Assembly (NCBI RefSeq): GCF_039523295.1 | Contig: NZ_BAAAFA010000009.1 | Coordinates: forward strand, 104,217-144,216 | Length of the DNA stretch: 40,000 nucleotides | DNA from: Colwellia asteriadis | Lineage (GTDB): Bacteria > Pseudomonadota > Gammaproteobacteria > Enterobacterales > Alteromonadaceae | Direction: 5' to 3' | In this document: in pieces, positions 8,266 through 17,065 of the stretch | Numbering within the stretch: position 1 is the stretch's first letter | How the letters are laid out: every line of letters starts with the position of its first letter | Translations under genes and position numbers: made by a program | The notes under the pieces: model-generated | Databases searched by the model: none | The model's input: the letters and a program-made list of their open reading frames with translations, nothing else | Told to the model about the DNA's origin: nothing

Positions 8266-10074
8266 ATGAGTAAAAAAATAATTCGTCGCACACCAGTAGA
8301 CTATAGCCATTTACCTCCTCATCTTCCTGCAATTATTAAACAAGTTTATGCCGCGCGAGCCGTTAAATCAGCAAGCGAACTTGAACTTAAAGTGAATAAC
8401 TTACATGGTGTTACCGAACTTGCTTCATCATTAATGGGTATAAATACTGCCTGTGAATTGCTGTATCAAGCCTTAATCAACAAAACACATATTATTATTG
8501 TGGGTGACTTTGATGCCGATGGTGCTACGAGCACCGCTTTAATGATGACAGCGTTTAACTTATTTGGTAGCACACATCATAACTTTATTGTGCCAAATCG
8601 TTTTGAATACGGTTATGGCTTAACTCCTGAAATAGTTGATATTGCAGCAAGCCAAGGAGCGCAACTGTTAATTACCGTCGATAATGGTATTAGCTGTATT
8701 GCGGGAGTGAAGCGCGCTAAAGACTTGGGAATGCAAGTGATTGTTACCGACCACCATTTACCAGGACATAGCTTGCCTAATGCTGATGCTATTGTTAACC
8801 CTAATCAAGTCGGCTGTACCTTCCCAAGCAAATCGCTTGCTGGTGTCGGTGTCGCTTTTTATGTCATGCTGGCGCTAAGAAAATATTGTCGCGAGCAAAA
8901 TTATTTCAGTGAATATCACATCCCTGAGCCTAATATTGCGCAGTTACTTGATTTAGTTGCCTTAGGTACAGTAGCTGATGTGGTCTCACTTGATGGCAAT
9001 AACCGTATTTTAGTTGAGCAAGGCTTAAAGCGTATAAGAGCAGGGCAAACTCGTCCGGGTATTCAGGCATTGATTGAAATTGCTAATAAAAACCAACAAC
9101 GCTTAGTGGCGAGCGATTTTGGCTTTGCACTCGGCCCAAGAATTAACGCGGCTGGACGTTTAGATGATATGGCTTATGGTATTAACTGTTTACTAGCGAG
9201 TGATTTATCAAGCGCAAGGGTAATGGCGGCAGAGCTTGATGATTTAAATAAAGCACGTCGTGAAATAGAGCAGGGTATGCAAGGTGAGGCTGAACGGGTG
9301 TTAAGTTCACTTAACTTCGATGCGTTTAACTTTAATGAAACGAGCACAGCAAAAGACAATAAAGCTGACTTTCCAAGTGCCATTGCACTGTATCAAAAAG
9401 ATTGGCATCAAGGGGTTATTGGTATTGTTGCCGGGCGTTTAAAAGAAAAATTTCACCGTCCCTGTATTGTTTTTGCCAATGGCAGTGATGATGAAGTCAA
9501 TGATGAGCAGTCGAGAGAAATAAAAGGCTCAGCGCGCTCTATTCCAGGGTTACATATTCGAGATTTATTAGAACATATTGACAGTCAACACCCTGGGCTT
9601 ATTCTGAAATTTGGTGGCCATGCCATGGCGGCAGGTTTATCAATAAAACAGTGTGACTTTACTCGTTTTCAAACTTTATTTGACCAATTAGCTAGTCAAT
9701 GGCTTAAACCTGAAGACTTACAGAGTATTATTTTATCTGACGGCGCTTTGCCGGTTGAAAATTTGAACCTAGACTTTGCTGAATTACTCAGAGATTCAGG
9801 ACCATGGGGACAAAACTTTCCTGAGCCATTATTCGACGATACTTTTACTTTAATTCAGCAGCGCATTGTTGGCGAAAAACATTTGAAAGTTGTGGTGCAA
9901 AAGTCGTCTAACGGAGGGAATCAAGTGTTTGACGGTATTGCTTTTAATATTGATATTAACGCTTGGCCTAATACTCAAGCTACACAAGTGCACTTAGCTT
10001 ATCGACTTGATGTGAATGAATTTAGAGGTAAACGTAGCGTGCAATTAATGATTGAAAATATCACCGCGGTGTAA
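8266..10074 (+). CDS. recJ: Single-stranded-DNA-specific exonuclease RecJ
   Basis: DHH-family motifs GDFDADGATS, DNG, VTDHH and FGGHAMAAG. Length and position downstream of dsbC fit. Confidence 0.92.
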   Translation: MSKKIIRRTPVDYSHLPPHLPAIIKQVYAARAVKSASELELKVNNLHGVTELASSLMGINTACELLYQALINKTHIIIVGDFDADGATSTALMMTAFNLFGSTHHNFIVPNRFEYGYGLTPEIVDIAASQGAQLLITVDNGISCIAGVKRAKDLGMQVIVTDHHLPGHSLPNADAIVNPNQVGCTFPSKSLAGVGVAFYVMLALRKYCREQNYFSEYHIPEPNIAQLLDLVALGTVADVVSLDGNNRILVEQGLKRIRAGQTRPGIQALIEIANKNQQRLVASDFGFALGPRINAAGRLDDMAYGINCLLASDLSSARVMAAELDDLNKARREIEQGMQGEAERVLSSLNFDAFNFNETSTAKDNKADFPSAIALYQKDWHQGVIGIVAGRLKEKFHRPCIVFANGSDDEVNDEQSREIKGSARSIPGLHIRDLLEHIDSQHPGLILKFGGHAMAAGLSIKQCDFTRFQTLFDQLASQWLKPEDLQSIILSDGALPVENLNLDFAELLRDSGPWGQNFPEPLFDDTFTLIQQRIVGEKHLKVVVQKSSNGGNQVFDGIAFNIDINAWPNTQATQVHLAYRLDVNEFRGKRSVQLMIENITAV

Positions 10075-10137
10075 CATACGTTTATTATTATAAAGATAAT
10101 GTAAATTTAGATATTGCGACAACATCGTGAGAAAGTA

Positions 10138-10842
10138 ATGGAAAATTCACTCGCAGCTATACCGTTAGCCAACCTTGCTATTGCATTTTTACCTGTATTG
10201 TTAGTGCTTATTATTTTAGTGCAATGGTCACTGCCTACTAAAAATACCTTACATGCCTTAGTGCGTATGCTAGTGCAATTATTGTTAGTCGGTTATGTAC
10301 TCAGTTATATTTTTGAAAGCGATAATGCTTGGGTAATTGGCTTACTATTATTACTGATGATAGCTGTTTCAAGTTGGATCGCGCTTAATAATATTGAGCA
10401 ACCTAAAATAGTGTTATTTAAGCAAACCTTTATCGCAATTTTTATTAGCGGTGTTTTTATTCTAATTGTCATAACACAAGGTGTATTACATTTATCACCT
10501 TGGTACCAACCGAAGGTTATTATTCCATTAGCAGGAATGGTTTTTGCTAACTGTATGAACAGTGTCAGCTTATCAGGAGAGCGATTTTTTTCTGAACGTC
10601 AACGTGCACAAACCTATATTAATGCGCGTAATATTGCCTTTAAGGCCTCAATGATCCCTAATGTTAATGCGCTTTTTGCGGTGGGAATAGTATCACTGCC
10701 GGGGATGATGACGGGGCAAATACTCGCAGGGGTATCCCCATTTATTGCCGCACGTTATCAAGTTATGGTGATGTGTATGATTTTTGCGTCAGCTGGCTTA
10801 GCTTCAGCTATTTTTTTAAGGTTAAATAAAGGTTATAAGTAG
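10138..10842 (+). CDS. UPF0014 / FetB(YbbM)-like ABC-type permease, no adjacent ATPase
   Basis: Polytopic membrane protein. QLLLVGYVLSYIF, IIPLAGMVFANCMN and GIVSLPGMMTGQILAG are collinear with E. coli FetB as recalled. The ORF track starts at TTG 10114; ATG 10138 is preferred. Confidence 0.65.
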   Translation: MENSLAAIPLANLAIAFLPVLLVLIILVQWSLPTKNTLHALVRMLVQLLLVGYVLSYIFESDNAWVIGLLLLLMIAVSSWIALNNIEQPKIVLFKQTFIAIFISGVFILIVITQGVLHLSPWYQPKVIIPLAGMVFANCMNSVSLSGERFFSERQRAQTYINARNIAFKASMIPNVNALFAVGIVSLPGMMTGQILAGVSPFIAARYQVMVMCMIFASAGLASAIFLRLNKGYK

Positions 10843-10871
10843 TTAAACATGGCCTTCTAATTTATCTTTAT

Positions 10872-13490
10872 TTATTGCTGCCAAACTTCATTGCACTGCC
10901 AGCTATCTATCCATTGCGGTATTTCATTGGCGGGCATCGGCTTGGCAATACCGTAGCCTTGTGCTAAGTCACAACCAAGCTTTAATAATGCTTTACCATG
11001 TTCAATTGTTTCGACACCCTCGGCTATGACGTTACGCTTGAAAGATTTAGCTAAAGCAATAACCCCTTCGACAATTGCCGAATCATCAGGATCGCATAGC
11101 ATATCTCGTACAAAGCTTTGATCTATTTTAATCAGGCTTGCAGGAAGACGTCTCAGGTAAGTTAAAGATGAATACCCGGTACCAAAGTCATCTAACGCAA
11201 AGTTTACGCCTAATTTTATGCACGCATTCATTGTAGCTGAGACATGGCTTATGTCGTCTAGAGCACTTGTTTCAAGCACTTCTAGCTCTAAGAGGTGAGG
11301 CTCAACATCTGGATGGCTTTTCAGTAACTTTATAATGTTTTTAGTGAACTTAGGTTGCTGTAACTGTACAGCAGCAATATTTACACTGATATTGAGCGGG
11401 GGATGAAGCCCCTGTTTTTGCCATTGACTAATTTGTGTTAAAGCTGAATTAATAACCCATTCACCCATTTCAATATTCATAGGGTTGTTTTCAATAATGG
11501 GTAAAAACTCAGCTGGGCTTAATAGCCCTTTTTTCGGATGTTGCCAGCGGATAAGAGCTTCAAAACCAATTACAGTACCAGATCTCATATTCACTTTGGG
11601 CTGATAATGAAGTACAAATTCATTATGATCTAAAGCATGACGAATAGCATTGAGGCCCTCTCGTTGTACTTTTACAGCATCATCTTGAGCTATATCAAAT
11701 AGATGGTGGCGATTTTTACCCCTTTCTTTTGCAATATACATAGCTTGATCAGCATGACGCATGAGTTGATCGGCATCAACGTTATCTTGTGGATAAAGAG
11801 TTACTCCAATGCTAGCGGAAACATTTAAAATGGCACCATTAACCATAACGGGATCCGATGCAGCTAATAAAAGACGCTCTAATATAGGCACGTAATCCAT
11901 TGGGGTAATTTTTTCCGGCAAGTTTGTTAATACAGCTACAAATTCATCTCCGCCAATACGAGCTAAGCTATCACCTTCGCGTAATGATGCTTTCATCAAC
12001 CCCGAAAGAGAAATTAGCAGTTCATCACCGATGTCGTGACCGTAAGCATCATTAATCGCTTTAAAACCGTCTAAATCTAGAAAAACTACAGCAAGAGACT
12101 GCTTTTGACGATTACACTGTAATAGTGCTTGAGATAGGCGATCTGCAAGCAATACCCGGTTGGGTAAATTAGTAAGTACGTCGAAATGTGCTATATGCTC
12201 TAACTGTTTTTGGTATTCTTTCATTGAAGTAATATCATTAGCTAAAATAACATAATGGCTAATTTTATTATGCTCATCACGTACAGCACTAATAGTTTGC
12301 ATTTCTGTATATTTTTTTCCGCTTTTATGACGACTAACTACCTCGCCGATCCAGTAGCCGTTAGCATTAACCTCTTCCCACATCACATCATGAAATTCGG
12401 GCGAATGAACATCAGACATTAAGGACTGTGGTTTTTTTCCTAATACTTCCTCATGATAGTAACCTGATACTTCACTAAACCGAGCATTAACATTAATAAT
12501 ATGATTATTTTCATCAGTAATGATAATACTTTCTCGCGCATGAGAAAATACGCTAGCAGCGAGCTTTAGTTTGTCTTCAGTATGTTTTTTTTCTATAGCA
12601 ATACTAGCTAAACTTGCAGTTTGCTCAATTACGGTAAGGTCTGCTTTGGTTGGTGCATTAATTTCATTATGGTATATAGCAAAAGTACCTAAAACGTCTC
12701 CCTCTGTAGATCTTATTGGCTCTGACCAGCAAGAAGCTAGCCCAGCTTCTTTAGCTAATCCTTTATAAGGCTCCCAATAAGGGTGACTTTCAATATCGTC
12801 TACAATAATACGCTCATTCATGAAAGCTGCTGTACCGCAAGAGCCAACACCGATGCCTATTTCGACGCCATGAATAGCTTCACTATAAAATGTAGGAAGA
12901 CGAGGGGCAGAGCCACTTATTAGATGTTGTCCTGAATTATCTAATAGTAAGATACTACAAATCATCTCAGGGTTATCTTGCTCAACAAGGTGCAAAATTG
13001 CATCAAGAATAATAGCTAGTGGCTTACCACTAGTAATAAGCTCTAATACATGGCGATGAGACTTTTTACGTAATTCGTTTTTTTTACGCTCAGTAATATC
13101 GTGTATGACGCCAATCAGGTAGCGATTACCTAAATTATCGGTGAAGCGACTTTTTCTTGTACTAATTATCTTAACTTGCTCAGCACTAAGGGTAAGTGTT
13201 TCTTCGCATAGAATCTCCTTTCCTTCTTCAAGGACTTTTTTATCAATAGCAAGAAAGTGCTCTCTTTCCGATGGGGGGACTTTTTCAGCTAACGTTTTAC
13301 CTATGATGCCTTTTCTTGATAGCCCAAATAGTTGGCAAAAAGCGTTATTAACTAGTATTAATTTACACTCATTATCTTTTACAAAGATAGGATCTCTTGT
13401 ATTAGTGAGAATTGCATGAAGGTAAAGCTTCGTTTGTTCATTATTTATGAAGGTTAACGTTGACGTATCTTGGCTTTCTTTAAACGTCAT
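10872..13490 (-). CDS. PAS-GAF-PAS-GGDEF-EAL cyclic-di-GMP signalling protein
   Basis: Intact RIGGDEF, EALIRW, DDFGTGYSS, KIDQSF and EGVET motifs. GAF-like central region and two PAS-like segments. Confidence 0.9.
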   Translation of the reverse strand: MTFKESQDTSTLTFINNEQTKLYLHAILTNTRDPIFVKDNECKLILVNNAFCQLFGLSRKGIIGKTLAEKVPPSEREHFLAIDKKVLEEGKEILCEETLTLSAEQVKIISTRKSRFTDNLGNRYLIGVIHDITERKKNELRKKSHRHVLELITSGKPLAIILDAILHLVEQDNPEMICSILLLDNSGQHLISGSAPRLPTFYSEAIHGVEIGIGVGSCGTAAFMNERIIVDDIESHPYWEPYKGLAKEAGLASCWSEPIRSTEGDVLGTFAIYHNEINAPTKADLTVIEQTASLASIAIEKKHTEDKLKLAASVFSHARESIIITDENNHIINVNARFSEVSGYYHEEVLGKKPQSLMSDVHSPEFHDVMWEEVNANGYWIGEVVSRHKSGKKYTEMQTISAVRDEHNKISHYVILANDITSMKEYQKQLEHIAHFDVLTNLPNRVLLADRLSQALLQCNRQKQSLAVVFLDLDGFKAINDAYGHDIGDELLISLSGLMKASLREGDSLARIGGDEFVAVLTNLPEKITPMDYVPILERLLLAASDPVMVNGAILNVSASIGVTLYPQDNVDADQLMRHADQAMYIAKERGKNRHHLFDIAQDDAVKVQREGLNAIRHALDHNEFVLHYQPKVNMRSGTVIGFEALIRWQHPKKGLLSPAEFLPIIENNPMNIEMGEWVINSALTQISQWQKQGLHPPLNISVNIAAVQLQQPKFTKNIIKLLKSHPDVEPHLLELEVLETSALDDISHVSATMNACIKLGVNFALDDFGTGYSSLTYLRRLPASLIKIDQSFVRDMLCDPDDSAIVEGVIALAKSFKRNVIAEGVETIEHGKALLKLGCDLAQGYGIAKPMPANEIPQWIDSWQCNEVWQQ

Positions 13491-13545
13491 TTAGTCTCTT
13501 CCTTGTGAAATAAAATTATAATGTTAAAGCTATTGTTAGGTATAT

Positions 13546-13583
13546 AACCTGAACGCGGTTTAAGAGATATTTAATAAATTGAC
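13546..13583 (-). repeat. Solo right-end fragment of the MITE-like element, inverted orientation
   Basis: AACCTGAACGCGGTTTAAGAGATATTTAATAAATTGAC closely matches the reverse complement of the right end of the full copies. Lies 56 bp upstream of the GGDEF/EAL start codon. Confidence 0.65.
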
Positions 13584-13685
13584 TTAATTTGTTTTATAAA
13601 ACCTATCATTCGTTAGTTTTAAATATAGCAAAGAGATTATTTTATGAAAGTTATATAGCTTATTAGCCCGTATTACTTACTAAAT

Positions 13686-13892
13686 AACCTGAGCTCGGCT
13701 TAACAAATGTTTATCTAGCAGCTACTTTTCCTAACTTCTTCGTTAAATTTACTTGCAATAGGCCAGCTATTGACGCGAAATTTGCCTTGCTTATCATATG
13801 AAAAGAAGAAAAACTATCAAGCTAGAGACTCATAAAAGTAATTTTTACTGATATTTCAATTTGTTAAATATCTCTTAAGCTGAGTTCAGGTT
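13686..13892 (+). mobile_element. MITE-like element, copy 2 (207 bp)
   Basis: Same TIRs as copy 1. Flanked by direct TAAAT (13681-13685) and TAAAT (13892-13896). Internal TTGACG-N16-TATCAT (13770-13797) points rightward. Confidence 0.8.
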
Positions 13893-14194
13893 AAATAATA
13901 ACAGTAATCAGATTTGATGAATTTCGATTTTCATTAAGACGCCTATTTTTAAATCACCGATAATGTCACGATAAGTTTTACATTTACTATTTGATTTTTA
14001 ACGGTTTATTTTTATTTTCGTTCAGTAGTATAAAAATTATATTCTTGCAGAATAAAAGGTGCTACATTCTGCAAATCACGATACTTTCATCGATTATCAC
14101 GAACTCAAAATCCGTCCTACATCAACTGAAAAAATCCTAAAGACTACGTATCGCGATAATAACTTTGGTCTAATTTTTTTAAGGAATATCAAAC

Positions 14195-15640
14195 GTGTAT
14201 AAAACACTTATTGTAGTGGATGATGAATACGTTGCATTGGATAAAGATCGCAGCGATGTGATCAGTTTTGAAAAGTATTTACGTGAGTACCCAAAACTAA
14301 ATGAGCCGAAAACACGTATTATTAATTTATGTGACACCGAACAATACTTAAGCAAAGGTTACTATTGCTCACTATTGGCAGAGGCGCGCAACCATATTGT
14401 GTTACCTAGCGTAAAAACTATTAATGGTTTACGTAATTTAGCGCATGATAGCGATAACTTTGCGGTATTATCACATTTAACTATTGGCCTTAATACGGTT
14501 ACTAATAAACATGTGTTTTTTGGTAAAAGTGATAGCAGTGAGTTAGATAAATTAACAGCAAAAATTTTTGCATTATACCCAGCCCCGTTATTAAATTTAT
14601 CGGTACAACAGCTTAATGGTCAAGCAAATATTACCATTACTCGTATGTCATTTTGTGATCTTGATGAAGCGCAAAAGCAGTGCTTTTTAACACAACTTGA
14701 AGGCTTTAATAAAACCTTATGGCGAATTAATAACAGTCGTAAAAACTATCGTTGGGATATGGCTATATTAGTCGACCATCAAGATAAAGTGCCGCCAAGT
14801 AATAAAGAAGCTATTTCACGTTTTGTAAAAGCCGCGGCCAAATTTGGTATTAACGCCAACGTGGTAAGTATTGATCAAATTGATAATATCGCTCATTACG
14901 ATGCTTTATTTATTCGAGAAACCACTGCGATAGATCACCATACTTATCGTTTAGCACGAAAAGCTGAAGATTTAGGGTTAGTTGTAATAGACGACTCAAC
15001 CTCTATTTTACGCTGTTGTAATAAAGTGTATTTACACGATGCTTTTAATTATAAAAAGGTACGTAGTTTAAAAACTGAAGTGGTTAACAACCAAAGTGTA
15101 GAAACCATTACAGCACTAGAGCAAGCGTTTACTTACCCTGTGGTATTGAAATTGCCTGAAGGCTCTTTCTCTAATGGCGTATTTAAAGCGAAAAATAGGG
15201 AAGAGCTGTCAGCTAAATTAGACGAGCTATTAAAAGTGAGTGCATTGGTATTAGTACAAGAATACTTATATACCGAGTTTGACTGGCGCATTGGCGTATT
15301 AAACGGTAGAGCTATTTATGCTTGTAAATATTTAATGGCGCGCGGACATTGGCAAATTTATAACCACAGCGCTAAACGCTTTTTCTCAGGTGATTTTGAA
15401 ACGCTGCCAACGTTTGAAGTGCCTAAATATGTTTTAGATTCAGCATTACGCGCAGCAAGTGTCGTTGGCACAGGGCTTTATGGCGTAGATATTAAGGCTG
15501 TTGATAATAAAGCCTATGTACTTGAAGTGAATGATAACCCGAGCATAGATTACAAAGTTGAAGATGCCTACCTAAAAGATGAATTATACATGCAAGTTAT
15601 GGCAGAGTTTAATCGTCGCTTAGAAGAGCGTGGTCGATAA
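14195..15640 (+). CDS. RimK-type ATP-grasp amino-acid/peptide ligase with N-terminal RLAN-like domain
   Basis: GTG start with AAGGAA 8 nt upstream. The N-terminus (..YLSKGYYCSLLAEARNHIVLPS..) resembles the RimK-like ATP-grasp N-terminal domain. The C-terminal half has an ATP-grasp layout (..PVVLKLPEGSFSNGV..VLVQEY..DWRIGVLNG..YGVDIK..VLEVNDNPS). Confidence 0.75.
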   Translation: MYKTLIVVDDEYVALDKDRSDVISFEKYLREYPKLNEPKTRIINLCDTEQYLSKGYYCSLLAEARNHIVLPSVKTINGLRNLAHDSDNFAVLSHLTIGLNTVTNKHVFFGKSDSSELDKLTAKIFALYPAPLLNLSVQQLNGQANITITRMSFCDLDEAQKQCFLTQLEGFNKTLWRINNSRKNYRWDMAILVDHQDKVPPSNKEAISRFVKAAAKFGINANVVSIDQIDNIAHYDALFIRETTAIDHHTYRLARKAEDLGLVVIDDSTSILRCCNKVYLHDAFNYKKVRSLKTEVVNNQSVETITALEQAFTYPVVLKLPEGSFSNGVFKAKNREELSAKLDELLKVSALVLVQEYLYTEFDWRIGVLNGRAIYACKYLMARGHWQIYNHSAKRFFSGDFETLPTFEVPKYVLDSALRAASVVGTGLYGVDIKAVDNKAYVLEVNDNPSIDYKVEDAYLKDELYMQVMAEFNRRLEERGR

Positions 15641-15642
15641 TA

Positions 15643-16779
15643 ATGGCTAACACACGGGGCAATGTGCATTACCGTATCGCACAAAGTAGCGATTTAAATG
15701 CTTTAGTCGCTCTAGAGAATAACTGTTTCGAGCAAGACAAATTAAGTAAGCGTAGTTTACAGCATTGGATCAAAGCGCATCACGGTATTTTATTAATCGC
15801 CGAGCGTTATATTGACGCGAGCTCTGAGCTTCAACAGCTTATTGGTTATGGCTTAGTTTGGTGTCATAAAGGTACGCGTTTAGCACGTTTATATTCTTTA
15901 GCGGTAGCGCCAGCGTGTCGAGGACAGCATATTGCCAGCGGTCTTTTAGCGCAACTTGAACAAGAAACGCTAATACGTAACCATTATTTTTTACGCTTAG
16001 AAGTGGCTAAGAACAATGGCGCAGCCATTAAGTTATACCAGGGTTTAGGTTATCGTGTTTTTGGTGAATACAGTGATTATTATGAGGATCACAGTGATGC
16101 TTATCGTATGCAAAAACAGCTATTACGAAAAACACCATCAGACTTTCAAACCATAACACCTTGGTACCAACAAACCACTGAGTTTACCTGTGGTCCAGCC
16201 TCATTAATGATGGCAATGAACAGTTTACATGCTCCAATAGTGATGACGCAGCGTTTAGAATTAGACTTGTGGCGTGAAGCAACCACCATTTTTATGACCT
16301 CAGGTCATGGTGGTTGTCATCCTGTTGGCTTAGGTAACGCTGCTAAAAAGCGAGGTTTTGACGCTAAAGTTTTTATTAACCAGCAAACTCCTTTATTTGT
16401 CGATGGAGTAAGAGCCCCTCATAAAAAGCACATTATGCAAAGTGTCCATCAACAATTTATTGAAGACGCTCAAGCGCTGGCGGTTGATGTGAGGTTTGAT
16501 GATATTAATCAACACCAGCTGGCGAAATTACTCAGTGATGGCTATGCGGTTATTTTATTAATTAGCACCTACCGCTTAGATGGAAAAAAAGCACCGCACT
16601 GGGTTACCGTGACCGGTTTTGATGAATTATGCTTTTATGTGAACGATCCAGACTTAGACGATAAACAGCAGCTACCTATTGATTGCCAATATTTACCAAT
16701 ATCAGGTGATGACTTCGACAAAATGTCGATGTTTGGCGGTGGAAAACTACGTACTGCAGTGGCAATTAAACGATCGTAA
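15643..16779 (+). CDS. Fusion protein: N-terminal GNAT (RimI-like) acetyltransferase and C-terminal C39-like papain-fold cysteine peptidase
   Basis: GNAT acetyl-CoA motif region (..LAVAPACRGQHIASGLL..YQGLGYRV). The C-terminal part has TEFTCGPASLMMAM (candidate catalytic Cys), ..APHWVTVTG (His) and VNDPD (Asp). Start is 2 nt after the ATP-grasp stop. Confidence 0.7.
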   Translation: MANTRGNVHYRIAQSSDLNALVALENNCFEQDKLSKRSLQHWIKAHHGILLIAERYIDASSELQQLIGYGLVWCHKGTRLARLYSLAVAPACRGQHIASGLLAQLEQETLIRNHYFLRLEVAKNNGAAIKLYQGLGYRVFGEYSDYYEDHSDAYRMQKQLLRKTPSDFQTITPWYQQTTEFTCGPASLMMAMNSLHAPIVMTQRLELDLWREATTIFMTSGHGGCHPVGLGNAAKKRGFDAKVFINQQTPLFVDGVRAPHKKHIMQSVHQQFIEDAQALAVDVRFDDINQHQLAKLLSDGYAVILLISTYRLDGKKAPHWVTVTGFDELCFYVNDPDLDDKQQLPIDCQYLPISGDDFDKMSMFGGGKLRTAVAIKRS

Positions 16780-16961
16780 AAGCAGAACATTACCATCGTT
16801 TACATGGCAGCAGCTATTCAATTTATAGCCGTTTATTTACCCCCATATTTACGTTACAATGCGCGACTATTTGCGTTTTGTCGCTTGCCGTATTTTTTGC
16901 GTGGTAATTTAAGTCAGTCAATGGCGTTATTAAATTAGCGTTGACCACGCGCTAGCAACAA

Positions 16962-17007
16962 TCGCTAACATGCCATAACTATTAGGAATGTTAGCGGATA
17001 TTTTTTC
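16962..17007 (+). terminator. Rho-independent terminator candidate after the ATP-grasp/GNAT operon
   Basis: TCGCTAACAT (16962-16971) pairs with ATGTTAGCGA-like (16988-16998), followed by TATTTTTT. Confidence 0.45.
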
Positions 17008-17065
17008 AAAACGTCTATGTAATAAATTGATATAATTACAATAATTTAAAGTATTCAGAAGGCTT

